Shown: positions 19,850 through 30,948, counted from the first letter of the stretch. The stretch: 64,000 nucleotides of DNA from a virus (IMGVR_UViG_3300006204_000001), one strand, 5' to 3'. Notes: generated by a model not told the origin, from the letters alone. Made by a program: numbers and translations.

Positions 19850-20632
19850 ATGAAGACACTATTAATAAGACAATATTCAAGTAATAAATCAGATGATATC
19901 GACTATGTATCATCATTACTTGAGAAAGATCACAGGAGACCATCTTTTGATTCAAGCGAATTATCATTATTTCTTGAGAGGAATAATGGTTATAACTGTA
20001 AAATGAGTTTTGAAAAATCTACATTAACAAATGGCGATTATGATAAATCATTAATCGCAATTATGCCATCCAGTATTAGAATAATCTATGATGATTATGA
20101 TGATACTTTAATTGGTGATAAAGTGTTACTTCCAATGTTAAACAATATTGAAGTCACTAATTTATATTATCACGATGCATTCATTCTTGAAGTAGCCACA
20201 GCGGAAGATAGGAAATTATTTGATATTATGAATGATTCAGATTCAGTTTGCTGGCATCGAAATCCAAGTAATGGTAAATTCAATCAGATAACTAAAAAGC
20301 AAATTGGGAAATGCATTGTGAAAGCTAAGGAACTCGTAAATTTTGTTTCAATTGAATTTCCAGCTAGTATGGGTAACTTCAAGTTTGATGGCAGATTTTC
20401 TATTAATGTTCCAGGAAAAAATCTTCAAATGTTTACTCTTAACATTATTGATTGGAATAATAATGAAAATCATTCTGGTTGCAGATATGAATTGACAGAT
20501 TATGACGGTAACACACATCAATCAGATGATGATGGATTATTGTATTTCAACAAAATGTCATTCCATGGAGTCCATCTTACAGATGAAAATAATAAGTATA
20601 TTGGATTCTTCAAATTAGATGTAATATCATAA
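19850..20632 (+). CDS. Hypothetical protein
   Basis: 260 aa ORF. Confidence 0.7.
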   Translation: MKTLLIRQYSSNKSDDIDYVSSLLEKDHRRPSFDSSELSLFLERNNGYNCKMSFEKSTLTNGDYDKSLIAIMPSSIRIIYDDYDDTLIGDKVLLPMLNNIEVTNLYYHDAFILEVATAEDRKLFDIMNDSDSVCWHRNPSNGKFNQITKKQIGKCIVKAKELVNFVSIEFPASMGNFKFDGRFSINVPGKNLQMFTLNIIDWNNNENHSGCRYELTDYDGNTHQSDDDGLLYFNKMSFHGVHLTDENNKYIGFFKLDVIS

Positions 20633-20645
20633 GGAGGAAATAAAT

Positions 20646-20864
20646 ATGATTATGTTTAAGAAATTTTCATTCACAATAAATGATTATAAAGCGAGTGATA
20701 AAGATTTAGAAAGGATTACTGATAAAATTAATCAGTTTATTTCTGAAGAAAATATCAAAAAGAATGATATCAAAGATATAAATTATTCATCTAAAGTGTA
20801 TGATTCGAATCCAGTGCATCCGTCTTCAGGTGTAACTGTAATATTATTCTATTGGAAGGATTAA
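20646..20864 (+). CDS. Small hypothetical protein
   Basis: 72 aa ORF, AAGGAGG RBS. Confidence 0.65.
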   Translation: MIMFKKFSFTINDYKASDKDLERITDKINQFISEENIKKNDIKDINYSSKVYDSNPVHPSSGVTVILFYWKD

Positions 20865-20873
20865 AACAAATAA

Positions 20874-20906
20874 AAATAGAGCTGGTTTATTATACCAGCT
20901 CTATTT
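20874..20906. terminator. Bidirectional terminator
   Basis: aaatagagctggt/accagctctattt hairpin between convergent genes. Confidence 0.8.
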
Positions 20907-20910
20907 ATTT

Positions 20911-23520
20911 TTATCCTTCATATCCAGCTGGATATTTAATATCGATGATTGGTCTATCTGCTTTAGGTATTGGAGTTGCCATTATTTTTTTATAACATGC
21001 AAGAAGTTGTGTACGTATAGCTTCCAATTGGGGTTTTGTATGAGGTACTACATATTTATTACTTCCAACTTCTAATAATTCTATATACCATTCCACTATC
21101 TCTAATTTACCAAGACAATATGATGCAATCATCATTTTATCATTAGCATCTTTGATAGCTTCTGTCTCTATAGAAATATATGCTACTAAGTCTGATGGAA
21201 TCTTTTTTAATTTTTTAACAAAGAATTTTTCATACATTGCTTTTGTTTCTTTGTCTGCATTCATCATACCTTCATGATCAATATTCTCTGATATAAATTT
21301 AGATTCACTATCTTTGATTTTATCATTAAATTTATTATGATAATAATCATCAATAGCTTCTGATAAATATGATAATTCTCTCATATTATCAGAATCATCA
21401 CATGCTTCTCTTAAAGCTTTAACCATTTCTTTTACATCATCTACAATCTTTTTCTTTTCATTTTCAGGAGATGCATATTTAGAGTAAATACCTCTAATGA
21501 ATCTATTAATTGTATTAATATCCTCTTGTGATATTTTAAATGTATCCTTATTATCCATTTTTACATCATCGAATACAAATAATAACTTCATAGGATAAAT
21601 TACTAAACCTGATAATTTAGTTGTAGATACTAAATGTTTTAGATTATGATTCATTTTCATAATTTCACTAGTTAAGTGTTTAGCATATTTTTCTATTTTA
21701 GAATCATAATATTGAATAGCAGCTTTAAAGAAATTAAATGCATCATCAGGATTTTTCATTGTATGAAATATTCTAGGTGACATTTTAATTTTTATTTCTG
21801 GTATTCTATGTAAAAATGCATTAATTGGTTCTCTACCATCTACAAATCTAGCTATAAAATCTTGACTCATAGTAGGTATCTTAAATTCAAGAGTATTATA
21901 TGACTGATATGAATTCAATGTAATAGTAAACTTTTTAAATCCATTAGCCCATTTAGGTAACAGATTTTTTGTGATAATATTAGCATATATATTAGCCGTA
22001 TATTGACTCATCTTATATTTATTATCTTTAGTAGATGTCTTATTGATAATATCCTGTGATAACGTACGTAAAGTAGCTTTAGCTTGTTTCTCAGTCATGT
22101 CTGTATTATATTCTTTCTTATAATCAGGATTGGACTCAGGATCAACTGATTCTGTTATTTTATTGATATTATCACTAATAACGATCATATCTGCATGTTC
22201 ATATATATCATTTAATGATTCCCTAAATGATTCATAAAAATCATTTAAATTAAAATCAGATGTTGTAATTCCATTTAACATAGCTATCATATTATTCATT
22301 TTAGCATTTTCATAATATTCAGGATTTCTCTTTTTATCTTTCTTAGATGGATGATTATATACAATATCACCATTAGCTGCATCTCTTGAATTAATATCAT
22401 CCATTTTAGCCCCTCGGGCATATTTTAAATGTTCTATACCACTGATCATATCACTTGTTTTATCAACTACTTCACCTTCAAAATCAGTATAGCGAAGTTT
22501 ACCTTTAGGAAGTTTAGTTGTTTTAAATGATGAATTGTCATCAATTTCTCCAACTTTAACTACAGGGAATTCATCCTTTGAAACATTTTTTTCTATATAT
22601 GATTTATCTGATTTCGTCAATTCTAAATATTTAAATGAAGATCTAGCAGGTAAATAAAATAAACCTATAACTCTTGATTCTTTTAATCTTTCACCAGTTT
22701 TTCTATCTATGATAGCAAGAACTTTTTGTCCATGTGATGCATGATCAGGATCACCTTTTTTGTTTATAGTCTTTTTCACTTTATCTGTAGTTTCTTTAGA
22801 TGTTCTAAGTTCAATATTTTTTTCAGACTTTTTATGTCCATACTCTTTATTTTTATATGCACCACCAGCCATATCTATTTTGGCATCATCTAATGAATAT
22901 ACTATTTTGATTGCATGACCTGTATCATAATCAAAACCAAGTCTAAAATCATATTTTAATTTACTATGAGATTTTTCCAATAAATATTCTAATTCATCAA
23001 TATCATATGATTCATATAATTCTTTTGCTTCTTTATATATCCTTTCACGTCTATCAAAGAATAAATCCCATATTTCTTTAGATTCTTTATTTGATAAATA
23101 AATATCAAAACCTTCATATGATTCCCCATTACTAGATTCATTATCTAGTTTAACATCATATTTTTTTCTAATAATTCCTCTTACATTTTGGAATAAATCA
23201 TTTATTAATTCACTTAATAACGTTTCTATCCAACCATATTGATGATTAGTAAAATGACCTGTTACTTGAATCATACATTCATATTTTTTTCCATTCTTAT
23301 ATACTCTAACAGATCCACATTCAGTATTTCCTCCAGGTTTAGTACAAAAATCATCAATACATGACATAGCCCAACTAGAAGATTTTAAATCTGAATAAGA
23401 ATCTTTATCTATTAAACGATACATCTCATCTTTAATAATCTTATTTATATCAATAATCTTCTTTTGAATATTATCAGGTAAGTCTTTAAGATATCCATCT
23501 TTAACTTTACTTCTTTTCAT
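20911..23520 (-). CDS. Modular putative head protein carrying copy A of the repeated SHxxLKYxFR module
   Basis: 869 aa, immediately downstream of the capsid gene; many hydrophobic-x-E-S/A motifs; module at 22309..22977. Confidence 0.65.
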   Translation of the reverse strand: MKRSKVKDGYLKDLPDNIQKKIIDINKIIKDEMYRLIDKDSYSDLKSSSWAMSCIDDFCTKPGGNTECGSVRVYKNGKKYECMIQVTGHFTNHQYGWIETLLSELINDLFQNVRGIIRKKYDVKLDNESSNGESYEGFDIYLSNKESKEIWDLFFDRRERIYKEAKELYESYDIDELEYLLEKSHSKLKYDFRLGFDYDTGHAIKIVYSLDDAKIDMAGGAYKNKEYGHKKSEKNIELRTSKETTDKVKKTINKKGDPDHASHGQKVLAIIDRKTGERLKESRVIGLFYLPARSSFKYLELTKSDKSYIEKNVSKDEFPVVKVGEIDDNSSFKTTKLPKGKLRYTDFEGEVVDKTSDMISGIEHLKYARGAKMDDINSRDAANGDIVYNHPSKKDKKRNPEYYENAKMNNMIAMLNGITTSDFNLNDFYESFRESLNDIYEHADMIVISDNINKITESVDPESNPDYKKEYNTDMTEKQAKATLRTLSQDIINKTSTKDNKYKMSQYTANIYANIITKNLLPKWANGFKKFTITLNSYQSYNTLEFKIPTMSQDFIARFVDGREPINAFLHRIPEIKIKMSPRIFHTMKNPDDAFNFFKAAIQYYDSKIEKYAKHLTSEIMKMNHNLKHLVSTTKLSGLVIYPMKLLFVFDDVKMDNKDTFKISQEDINTINRFIRGIYSKYASPENEKKKIVDDVKEMVKALREACDDSDNMRELSYLSEAIDDYYHNKFNDKIKDSESKFISENIDHEGMMNADKETKAMYEKFFVKKLKKIPSDLVAYISIETEAIKDANDKMMIASYCLGKLEIVEWYIELLEVGSNKYVVPHTKPQLEAIRTQLLACYKKIMATPIPKADRPIIDIKYPAGYEG
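22305..22360 (-). repeat. 56 bp perfect repeat, copy 1 (inverted relative to 42842..42897)
   Basis: Minus strand reads atataatcatccatctaagaaagataaaaagagaaatcctgaatattatgaaaatg. Confidence 0.95.
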
Positions 23521-23577
23521 TATTATCTACTCCTTTATTATAGTTTATAATTTTTATAGTCTGGTAAATAAATAAGT

Positions 23578-23615
23578 AATATAGTAAGTGAGCTAAATAG
23601 CTCACTTACTATATT
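23578..23615. terminator. Strong terminator after major capsid gene
   Basis: aatatagtaagtgagct/agctcacttactatatt long stem. Confidence 0.85.
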
Positions 23616-23658
23616 TTGAGGATTTTATTATGTCAGTGAAAAAGAATAATACCCAATT

Positions 23659-25497
23659 TTATGCTGCTGCCTTCCAAGGTGCACCTGTAATAGGAGGTCT
23701 AGAAGGAGCATCTCCATATACTTTATCAGAATTAAGAATAATAAGATCAGCCTGAATACCCTGAATACTCATTGTCTTAAATCTTGCTGTTGCAGTTACG
23801 ATATTATATGCACCTGCAGGAGCCTGAGGACTCTGATAAGCTGTCTGAGATTGAGAAGTAAACAGATGATTTGTATACTTCAAATGTCTATATGACACAT
23901 GATCAGGACTTGTAGGATATCCATAAATATGAAGTACAAGCTCTCTGTTATTTGTTTCATCAACTGGATCAATTGTATATGCATCATAAAGATTAGATGC
24001 AACTACTCTAATGTTAGCACCAAGATCAGAAGCAAAACCATATGATCCATTACACTTAATACCTCCAATAGAAGTTCCAGATGACTGCTTCCATTGAATA
24101 TACTCTGTAAGCAACTGTGTAGCCATTGGATTGCCAGTAATTACAAATGAAAGATCATCCAACTTTGTAAGTTCTGTTAACTGATAAATGATGGAACGAA
24201 GTCTAAACTGAATAGCTGAAGCTACATACTTAAACGGATCTCCAGCATAACCTGCAGGAGGCTTAATATCACATGTATAAGTCTGAGCCAATGATTCAAG
24301 TTTATACGTATCAGTTGTAACACCATTAAACTTAGCCTGTTCATCACATAAGAACTTGATAACTGTCATGCACTCTTCCATTTCCTGAGTCTTTGTAATC
24401 TCATCAACCATTCTATTGTAATAGTTGATATCAAGAAGAGCTGCAGCATCATCGATCTGCTCAATTGTGAATGGCATGTTCCAACGAGGACCATCCTCAA
24501 TAGTAAAACGAATAATATCACGTTTCTCTCTTACAGATACACTTCTAAGATTCTTCTCATTGGAAAGATATCCAGAGAATACTACACCAGTAACCTGTCC
24601 AGAAGTAGATGCAATACTTACTGTACCATTCTTGAAGTCTACACGTCCGCCAAGTTCATCTTCAACATGAGTTCCATTATAATCAAAATCAAGATTACCA
24701 TTTACAAATGTACCATTTGTCGAGAACTCAACTGTGATACCATTACCATTCAAAGGAATAGTCTCATCACCAACCTGAACTGCAATAATCTTAAACTGGA
24801 ATGATAACTGATCAAGACCTTTTGTACCATCTGTAAGATTAGTAATAATATCATATTTACTCAATCTTCCATTTACAAAAGGAACAACAACTTCTTTGAT
24901 CTTATGACCCTTAGCTGCATCATAAATCTTTTCCCATGTACCATCAAACATACACTTAGGATATTCATACTCATCGCCAGTATTGTTATCAATAAGATAT
25001 GTTGTTCTAATATGCTTAACGATATTAGGTGTCTTAACAGACTCAACCTCAATAATATCTTTAAGAATAGAACTAAAGAACTGTTTAACGAGTACAGGGA
25101 ATTCAAGTGTAGCAATTGGCAAAAATGCAGTAATAGCTGCAGACTCAGTATAATTCTTAACCTTTGTATCCCAGAAGTTGTTAACCTGATCAATTACATA
25201 CTCAATATGAGGATCATTTTCTGATGTTTGACGATAAGCCTCAAATACAGGTTCCAATAGAGCTTCCTTATATCCATTCATGAATTCTCTATCAGAGATC
25301 ATCTTGGTGATATCTCTCTTAATATCGATTCCTCTTTCTTTATAGCCTTCACAAATTGAACTAAAATGATCATCGAATGACTGTACATTTCCATCTGCAC
25401 TTTTAGCATTAAAAGCAGATGCTGAAGTTACAGGATTTTCTTTTCTTGATGCTTCACTTGCTGATTCATAAAACCAGCTAACCTTATTTGTAGTCAT
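23659..25497 (-). CDS. Major capsid protein precursor
   Basis: 612 aa; N-terminal propeptide-like region ending YTE/SAAITAFLP...FPVL; own upstream late motif and strong terminator; resembles phiKZ/AR9-type MCP. Confidence 0.75.
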   Translation of the reverse strand: MTTNKVSWFYESASEASRKENPVTSASAFNAKSADGNVQSFDDHFSSICEGYKERGIDIKRDITKMISDREFMNGYKEALLEPVFEAYRQTSENDPHIEYVIDQVNNFWDTKVKNYTESAAITAFLPIATLEFPVLVKQFFSSILKDIIEVESVKTPNIVKHIRTTYLIDNNTGDEYEYPKCMFDGTWEKIYDAAKGHKIKEVVVPFVNGRLSKYDIITNLTDGTKGLDQLSFQFKIIAVQVGDETIPLNGNGITVEFSTNGTFVNGNLDFDYNGTHVEDELGGRVDFKNGTVSIASTSGQVTGVVFSGYLSNEKNLRSVSVREKRDIIRFTIEDGPRWNMPFTIEQIDDAAALLDINYYNRMVDEITKTQEMEECMTVIKFLCDEQAKFNGVTTDTYKLESLAQTYTCDIKPPAGYAGDPFKYVASAIQFRLRSIIYQLTELTKLDDLSFVITGNPMATQLLTEYIQWKQSSGTSIGGIKCNGSYGFASDLGANIRVVASNLYDAYTIDPVDETNNRELVLHIYGYPTSPDHVSYRHLKYTNHLFTSQSQTAYQSPQAPAGAYNIVTATARFKTMSIQGIQADLIILNSDKVYGDAPSRPPITGAPWKAAA

Positions 25498-25569
25498 GAT
25501 TAAATCTCTCCTTTTCTAAAATAATTTTTTTGGTCCACAATGTTGTGAATTTTTAACATATGGTTATTA

Positions 25570-25581
25570 TATTACTATGTT
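25570..25581 (-). promoter_or_regulatory. Putative late promoter AACA-N6-TA
   Basis: AACATAGTAATA upstream of capsid gene. Confidence 0.5.
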
Positions 25582-26187
25582 TTATTGCTGTTCTTTAATA
25601 CCTTTATGGATGTTTTTATCAAACATTATATTAGCTAACTGCAATAAATTCAAACACTTGTTAAAAAATAGTAGATTATCTGAGAAATCAGTATTAGTGA
25701 ATTTATGTTTTAAATATAAATGAATATTTTCATCTAATCTTTCTAAGATTTTTAATGTATCTATCATCTTATCCGATAATACAAAAAGTATATCACTATT
25801 CTTCTTAACAGCTGTTAATTGTGTTTGGACTTTGTTTAATAGTGATAAAAATCTTTGATATAATTTTTGATTTATTATAGCAGAAATCTTTTCACTTAAC
25901 TGCATATTAGTTTGATTATTAGTAAGATCTTCTAAACCATCTGTATCAAATTCTTCATTAGATTCATCATCTATATTTTCAAAAGATTCATCGTCATTAA
26001 AATCCATATCAGGTGGTGCTTGATCACTCATATCATCAGAATTGCTATCTCCACCAGTTGGCATATCTGGTGGAGAAGAATCTTCTATATTTTGGTTATC
26101 ACTACTTATATCAGGAGGATCATTTTCAGCTTCTTTATAATATTTATTATTGTACATTTGAAGCCAATCCTCAAATCCAACTCCCAT
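25582..26187 (-). CDS. Putative head-associated protein with acidic disordered N-half
   Basis: 201 aa; YYKEA motif followed by D/E/S/P-rich tract; adjacent to MCP. Confidence 0.6.
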   Translation of the reverse strand: MGVGFEDWLQMYNNKYYKEAENDPPDISSDNQNIEDSSPPDMPTGGDSNSDDMSDQAPPDMDFNDDESFENIDDESNEEFDTDGLEDLTNNQTNMQLSEKISAIINQKLYQRFLSLLNKVQTQLTAVKKNSDILFVLSDKMIDTLKILERLDENIHLYLKHKFTNTDFSDNLLFFNKCLNLLQLANIMFDKNIHKGIKEQQ

Positions 26188-26206
26188 TTATAATCTCCTT
26201 TCTATA

Positions 26207-29086
26207 TTAAATTATTTGACCTTTTCGCCATGCTTTATTTGATGCTGGTCCAGATATTCTATAAAGTTTTTGACTTATTTGATTCTTTAAACGTGTTAAT
26301 TGAGATACTGCTTTAATATCACCTTTTCCTTCAGCATGAGCAATCTTCTTTTCTATGATCTCAATTTCAGTTTTAATTTCCCCGATCATTTCATGTCTAA
26401 GTTGTTCCATTTGATTTTTATTCTTTGATTTTCTTGCTATAGAAAATCCTAAAAAGAATGGATTGAGTAGTAAACCAGCTTTCAAATATGCTCCTGTTTT
26501 AATACACCAATTAACTGCACTTAAAAGATTACTTCTTGCTGCAGGATCAGCTATCTTTTCTTTTATTTTTGTCTCATCTGTGTCTTTCCAATCCTGGATT
26601 GTTTTCATAACCCAACCTTGTGTTTTTCTAATTGGTTTTATAGCTGCTCTACCAGCATTTTGTACATTTTGAACTGTTCTTTTTGCAGATTGTTGAGCTT
26701 TAGTAGTAGCACGATCAATATCAGTTAAAGCATCTTTTACAGGATGATCAGATTCAGGTTTATTATCATCTGCATCTCCAACTTTCTCAGTTACATAATT
26801 CTTCCTAAATCTATCAAAAAAACCTTCTGTAAATGGTTGATTTGGTAATATATTCATTTTATATGGTATTACAATAGATTCATTATGTTCTTTAGATGAA
26901 TGATCGTCTTTAATGTTTTTATCAGTAGAATTATCAATATTATGTACTGAATGGTTATCATGTCTGCTATTATTGATATTATGGACAGAATGATTGTCAT
27001 GCTTACTATTATCATTGTCTCTATTAAAAGAATTAGTATTCTTATTCATAGAATTATTGTATGTATAATAGTAATAATTATTAGTAGAAGAGTGATCCTC
27101 TTTATCAGAAGAAGATACTCCTAATTCATCTGATACATCATCATAGTGATCATTTTCATCTTTGTTTGCAGATGGTCTACTAAAATCTTCTAAAGATTTA
27201 TTTTCATTATCTGTATCATCATTCTTTTTATCAGGGCTATCAATTTCTCCATAGCTTAAATCATGATTACCTCCGAGATATGTAGGAGCTTTACCTGTAT
27301 ATTTATCAGTCGTATTTGATAATCTATATGATTCATTAATATTATCATCATTTATAGGATCTGCTGATTTTACTAATGTACCATCCTCATTCAATAAACC
27401 ATCAAATTCTTCATATAAAGAATATACTTCATCTTGTAACTTAAATGCTTCTTCTGTTGATTCAGCACATACAATCTGATATTCTTTTAATTCAATAAGA
27501 TCTTTTATATTGTCTATATCTTCTTCTGTATATTCTAAGAATCCTTCTGTATTACCTGTAATCATTGATTCTCTAAATATAGACATATTATTATCCTGCA
27601 TTATTTTTACATGAGCTGATAATGAATTTGATTCTATAATTTGAAAATTCTTGTTATCTAACAAATTAGAATCATATTTGCAACATTCAACTATTAATTG
27701 AGATACATGAGGATCATTATAAATCCTACTAAAGTATTCTAAAACTAAATTAATAGTATTATTACCTAATTGATTTGCAGTAATAATAATATCAGGTATA
27801 GCTACTTCTTCATATTTTTCTGTTAAACCTACTAGAAAAGTTCTACCTTGTTTAGAATTATCATTCAATGAATAATAATCTTCAATATATTCTTCCGCAG
27901 ATTCTTTCAACGAATGACGAGGATCTTTACGAGAAGCTCTTCCTCTTATAGTTACACCTTTTCCTTGCAATTTCTTTTTGAGAACTTTGATTTTATCATT
28001 ACATTCTTTTATTTTATTTTCATATTTTTTAATCTGTTGCTTAGTTTCTTCAATAATTCTCAAATGAGATTCACTATGATTATCATATTTTAATAAATCA
28101 TTAAGGTTATTTTTACATCTTTCAATATTGAATTCTGCACGTTCGATCTCACCCTCATAGAACTTTATATCACCACTAATAGCATAATCTTTAGGTTTCT
28201 CTCTTTTATTTTGAATTTGTTCACCACGTCCATCTCCATTATTTTCTTTTTTCGATATATCTTTTCGTATATCATATGTTATAGAATCATTTAATATATC
28301 ACGGGTTTCTTCATTTTTATGACGATAATTATCATATTTATTTTTTCTCATTGATGTTGATTTAAATGTCGGAACATTTTCTATATCACCAACTTTAATA
28401 TGAAATATATCTGAATCATTATATCCAAATATACCTGTAACATCTGCTTCTTGTAATCGTTTATTAGTTATAACATCAATTATAGCTAATACTTTTTGAC
28501 CAGATGATTTATGGTCAGTATTACCTTTACTACGTATTCTACTTAATTTTTCTTCTTTTGATAACCCTTTAAGTTTTTTATAAGATGTATGATGTGCAAA
28601 ACTGGGATCTTCATCTAATATCATATTATCTAATGAATATACAATTTTCAATGGATGATCTGTTTCTACATCTGTGACCATTCTAAAATCATATTTCAAC
28701 TTACCATGTGATTTTTCCATGAATGATCCATTTGTTATAATTTCATACATATTAAAACATTCTTTGAATGATCTCTTATATTTCTCCAATTCTTCTAAAT
28801 GTTTCCTATAATTAGAAGGATCTTTCTTTTGTGATTCACATTTTTTAATACAATTTTCAAAACATGAAATAACATCATCATATACTGCAACAGATACACC
28901 ATATTTTTCTACAAAGGTTTCCCATGTTTCTAATCCTATACTAGATTCAATGATATATTTTAGATTAGAAATATAACTTGCAGGATTGGTGTTTAATATT
29001 TCATTGATACATTCTGAATATGTATCGATGTCAGATTGTCTTCCACTACTTTTAGCAATGGAGTATAACGATTTAATATCTTTCAT
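26207..29086 (-). CDS. Modular putative head protein carrying copy B of the repeated module
   Basis: 959 aa; module starts at SFME-KSHGKLKYDFR (28717); many hydrophobic-x-E motifs; helical C-terminus. Confidence 0.65.
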   Translation of the reverse strand: MKDIKSLYSIAKSSGRQSDIDTYSECINEILNTNPASYISNLKYIIESSIGLETWETFVEKYGVSVAVYDDVISCFENCIKKCESQKKDPSNYRKHLEELEKYKRSFKECFNMYEIITNGSFMEKSHGKLKYDFRMVTDVETDHPLKIVYSLDNMILDEDPSFAHHTSYKKLKGLSKEEKLSRIRSKGNTDHKSSGQKVLAIIDVITNKRLQEADVTGIFGYNDSDIFHIKVGDIENVPTFKSTSMRKNKYDNYRHKNEETRDILNDSITYDIRKDISKKENNGDGRGEQIQNKREKPKDYAISGDIKFYEGEIERAEFNIERCKNNLNDLLKYDNHSESHLRIIEETKQQIKKYENKIKECNDKIKVLKKKLQGKGVTIRGRASRKDPRHSLKESAEEYIEDYYSLNDNSKQGRTFLVGLTEKYEEVAIPDIIITANQLGNNTINLVLEYFSRIYNDPHVSQLIVECCKYDSNLLDNKNFQIIESNSLSAHVKIMQDNNMSIFRESMITGNTEGFLEYTEEDIDNIKDLIELKEYQIVCAESTEEAFKLQDEVYSLYEEFDGLLNEDGTLVKSADPINDDNINESYRLSNTTDKYTGKAPTYLGGNHDLSYGEIDSPDKKNDDTDNENKSLEDFSRPSANKDENDHYDDVSDELGVSSSDKEDHSSTNNYYYYTYNNSMNKNTNSFNRDNDNSKHDNHSVHNINNSRHDNHSVHNIDNSTDKNIKDDHSSKEHNESIVIPYKMNILPNQPFTEGFFDRFRKNYVTEKVGDADDNKPESDHPVKDALTDIDRATTKAQQSAKRTVQNVQNAGRAAIKPIRKTQGWVMKTIQDWKDTDETKIKEKIADPAARSNLLSAVNWCIKTGAYLKAGLLLNPFFLGFSIARKSKNKNQMEQLRHEMIGEIKTEIEIIEKKIAHAEGKGDIKAVSQLTRLKNQISQKLYRISGPASNKAWRKGQII
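26928..27010 (-). repeat. Two tandem 13-codon repeats (NS[KR]HDNHSVHNI[ND])
   Basis: Seen in translation of 26207..29086. Confidence 0.8.
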
Positions 29087-29155
29087 AATTTACATCAACC
29101 TCATTTCTTAAAGATTTAAAATTTTAATATTTGGTGAAGGAGATATATAAAGAAT

Positions 29156-30895
29156 ATGGCGACACAAGTGAAAAAGAAAAATACTATAACTAAAATCCAA
29201 GATGTTAAAATGGATAAAATTAAAGTATTCTATAGGAAAAGCATTCTTAAATCTGTATTAAAAATATTAGTAATGGAGCATGGTGGATTTAGAACATTTA
29301 AATCTGTTAAAAATATAAATAAACTATTTACCCATCTAGATTTATCAAAATATAATAATAATGAAGAATTAAAATCATATATATGGTGTATATCATTTAT
29401 ATCAAAACATTGGTTAGATGGGATAACTAATGTAGATCTTATATTAGAGGGAGCTAAACGACAACCAGAATATGATAATATTAAAGATAATATTATCAAT
29501 CAATGCATGAATGATAAAAATGAAATCACATATCCAGAAGCAAAAGGAATATTTGATTTAATAGGTGAAGCATTACAATATGGATTTATAGGTTCATTAA
29601 AAGATGAATACATAAATCTATTAGAAGATATTAATATGGAAAGCCCAAATGCATTCAAAGAAGTAGTAAATCGATTATTCTTAATATCAAAATCATTGAT
29701 TGATATTCAATATGGTACTAATATGGTATCAGATAAAGTAACGTTTAATACAGCAGATATGAGTTCTATAAGAAATGCTATTAGAATGACTCAAGAATCT
29801 TTATCATCTACAAATAATATGTTTAAAATGGGAATTCGTAGATGGAATACTTTATTATCTCCTGCACTAATGAATGGAAGATTTTATTTATATGCTGGCC
29901 CAGTTGGTGCTGGCAAATCTATTATATTACAGAAAACTGCAACAGATATAAGAAAATATAATCCAGACTATCAACCTAAAACACCAGGTATGAAACCATG
30001 TGTATTATATATTACTATGGAAAATTTCTTTACTGAAGTAATTGAAAGATTATGGAACATGGAATTTGATGAATCAATTACAAATTATAGTGAAGAAGAA
30101 GCAATGAATATGATATGTGATACTTTAGGCATTACACAAGTATTGAAAGAAGATGTTAAAGTTAAAGATGTTGATACTGATAAACCTCTAGAAGCCCAAT
30201 TAATAAAAAAGCCAAAAAATAAATCTAATATTGAAATTGTAATGAAATATTTTTCTTATAGAGAAATTAGTACAGATGATCTTCATACTATTATTCATGA
30301 TCTTAGAGAAGATAATATGGAAGTATGTGCATTAGTATTAGATTATGTAAAAAGAATTGCTCCTGCTACTCCAACACCGGATAATGAAAAACTAGAATTA
30401 AATCATATAGGTAATGAGCTAAAAGCCATAGCTGTAATATATGATATACCTGTAATAAGTGCTCATCAATTAAATAGAGTTGCAACATCGATTATTGATA
30501 ATGCAGAAAGATCAGGTAAAACAGATTCATTGAAATTAGTAGGTAAAGAGCATATCGGAACAGCATATGAATTGGCAGAAGTATCTGATTGGTTAGGTTT
30601 ATGTAAAATATCATATAAACCTGGAACTAATCAAAGATATTTAGAATTAAATGTCGTTAAAAGAAGACGTATTGATCAAGCAGAAGCAGAGTTTGCTAAG
30701 TATACTTATTTAGCACATCCATTTGCTCCTAACAATGGAATGAGATTATTAGATGATATTAATCTTGATAAAGTATTATCATTACAATCATTAATAAGTG
30801 ATATAAATACAGTAGGAATGGAAAAAACAAATGCAGTACCAAGATTAAGAACGATGGAACAAAGTGAATTTATTGAATTAGATGAAGACTATTAA
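29156..30895 (+). CDS. dnaB: DnaB-like (SF4) replicative helicase
   Basis: GPVGAGKS Walker A, ITMEN, VLDYV Walker B, SAHQLNR. Confidence 0.9.
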   Translation: MATQVKKKNTITKIQDVKMDKIKVFYRKSILKSVLKILVMEHGGFRTFKSVKNINKLFTHLDLSKYNNNEELKSYIWCISFISKHWLDGITNVDLILEGAKRQPEYDNIKDNIINQCMNDKNEITYPEAKGIFDLIGEALQYGFIGSLKDEYINLLEDINMESPNAFKEVVNRLFLISKSLIDIQYGTNMVSDKVTFNTADMSSIRNAIRMTQESLSSTNNMFKMGIRRWNTLLSPALMNGRFYLYAGPVGAGKSIILQKTATDIRKYNPDYQPKTPGMKPCVLYITMENFFTEVIERLWNMEFDESITNYSEEEAMNMICDTLGITQVLKEDVKVKDVDTDKPLEAQLIKKPKNKSNIEIVMKYFSYREISTDDLHTIIHDLREDNMEVCALVLDYVKRIAPATPTPDNEKLELNHIGNELKAIAVIYDIPVISAHQLNRVATSIIDNAERSGKTDSLKLVGKEHIGTAYELAEVSDWLGLCKISYKPGTNQRYLELNVVKRRRIDQAEAEFAKYTYLAHPFAPNNGMRLLDDINLDKVLSLQSLISDINTVGMEKTNAVPRLRTMEQSEFIELDEDY

Positions 30896-30927
30896 AAATA
30901 AAGGAGGATAATACCTCCTTTATTTTT
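30895..30927. terminator. Intrinsic terminator
   Basis: aaataaaggagg/cctcctttattt hairpin. Confidence 0.8.
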
Positions 30928-30948
30928 TGTATTTTTATTTTATATAAA

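Noticed and set aside
20802-20825. gattcgaatcc resembling a tRNA T-arm
   Set aside because: Lies inside ORF 20646..20864; no acceptor, D or anticodon stems can be formed.
22309-22977. Repeated module as an intein or homing endonuclease
   Set aside because: No N-terminal Cys/Ser Hint block, no terminal His-Asn followed by C/S/T, and no LAGLIDADG, HNH or GIY-YIG motif.
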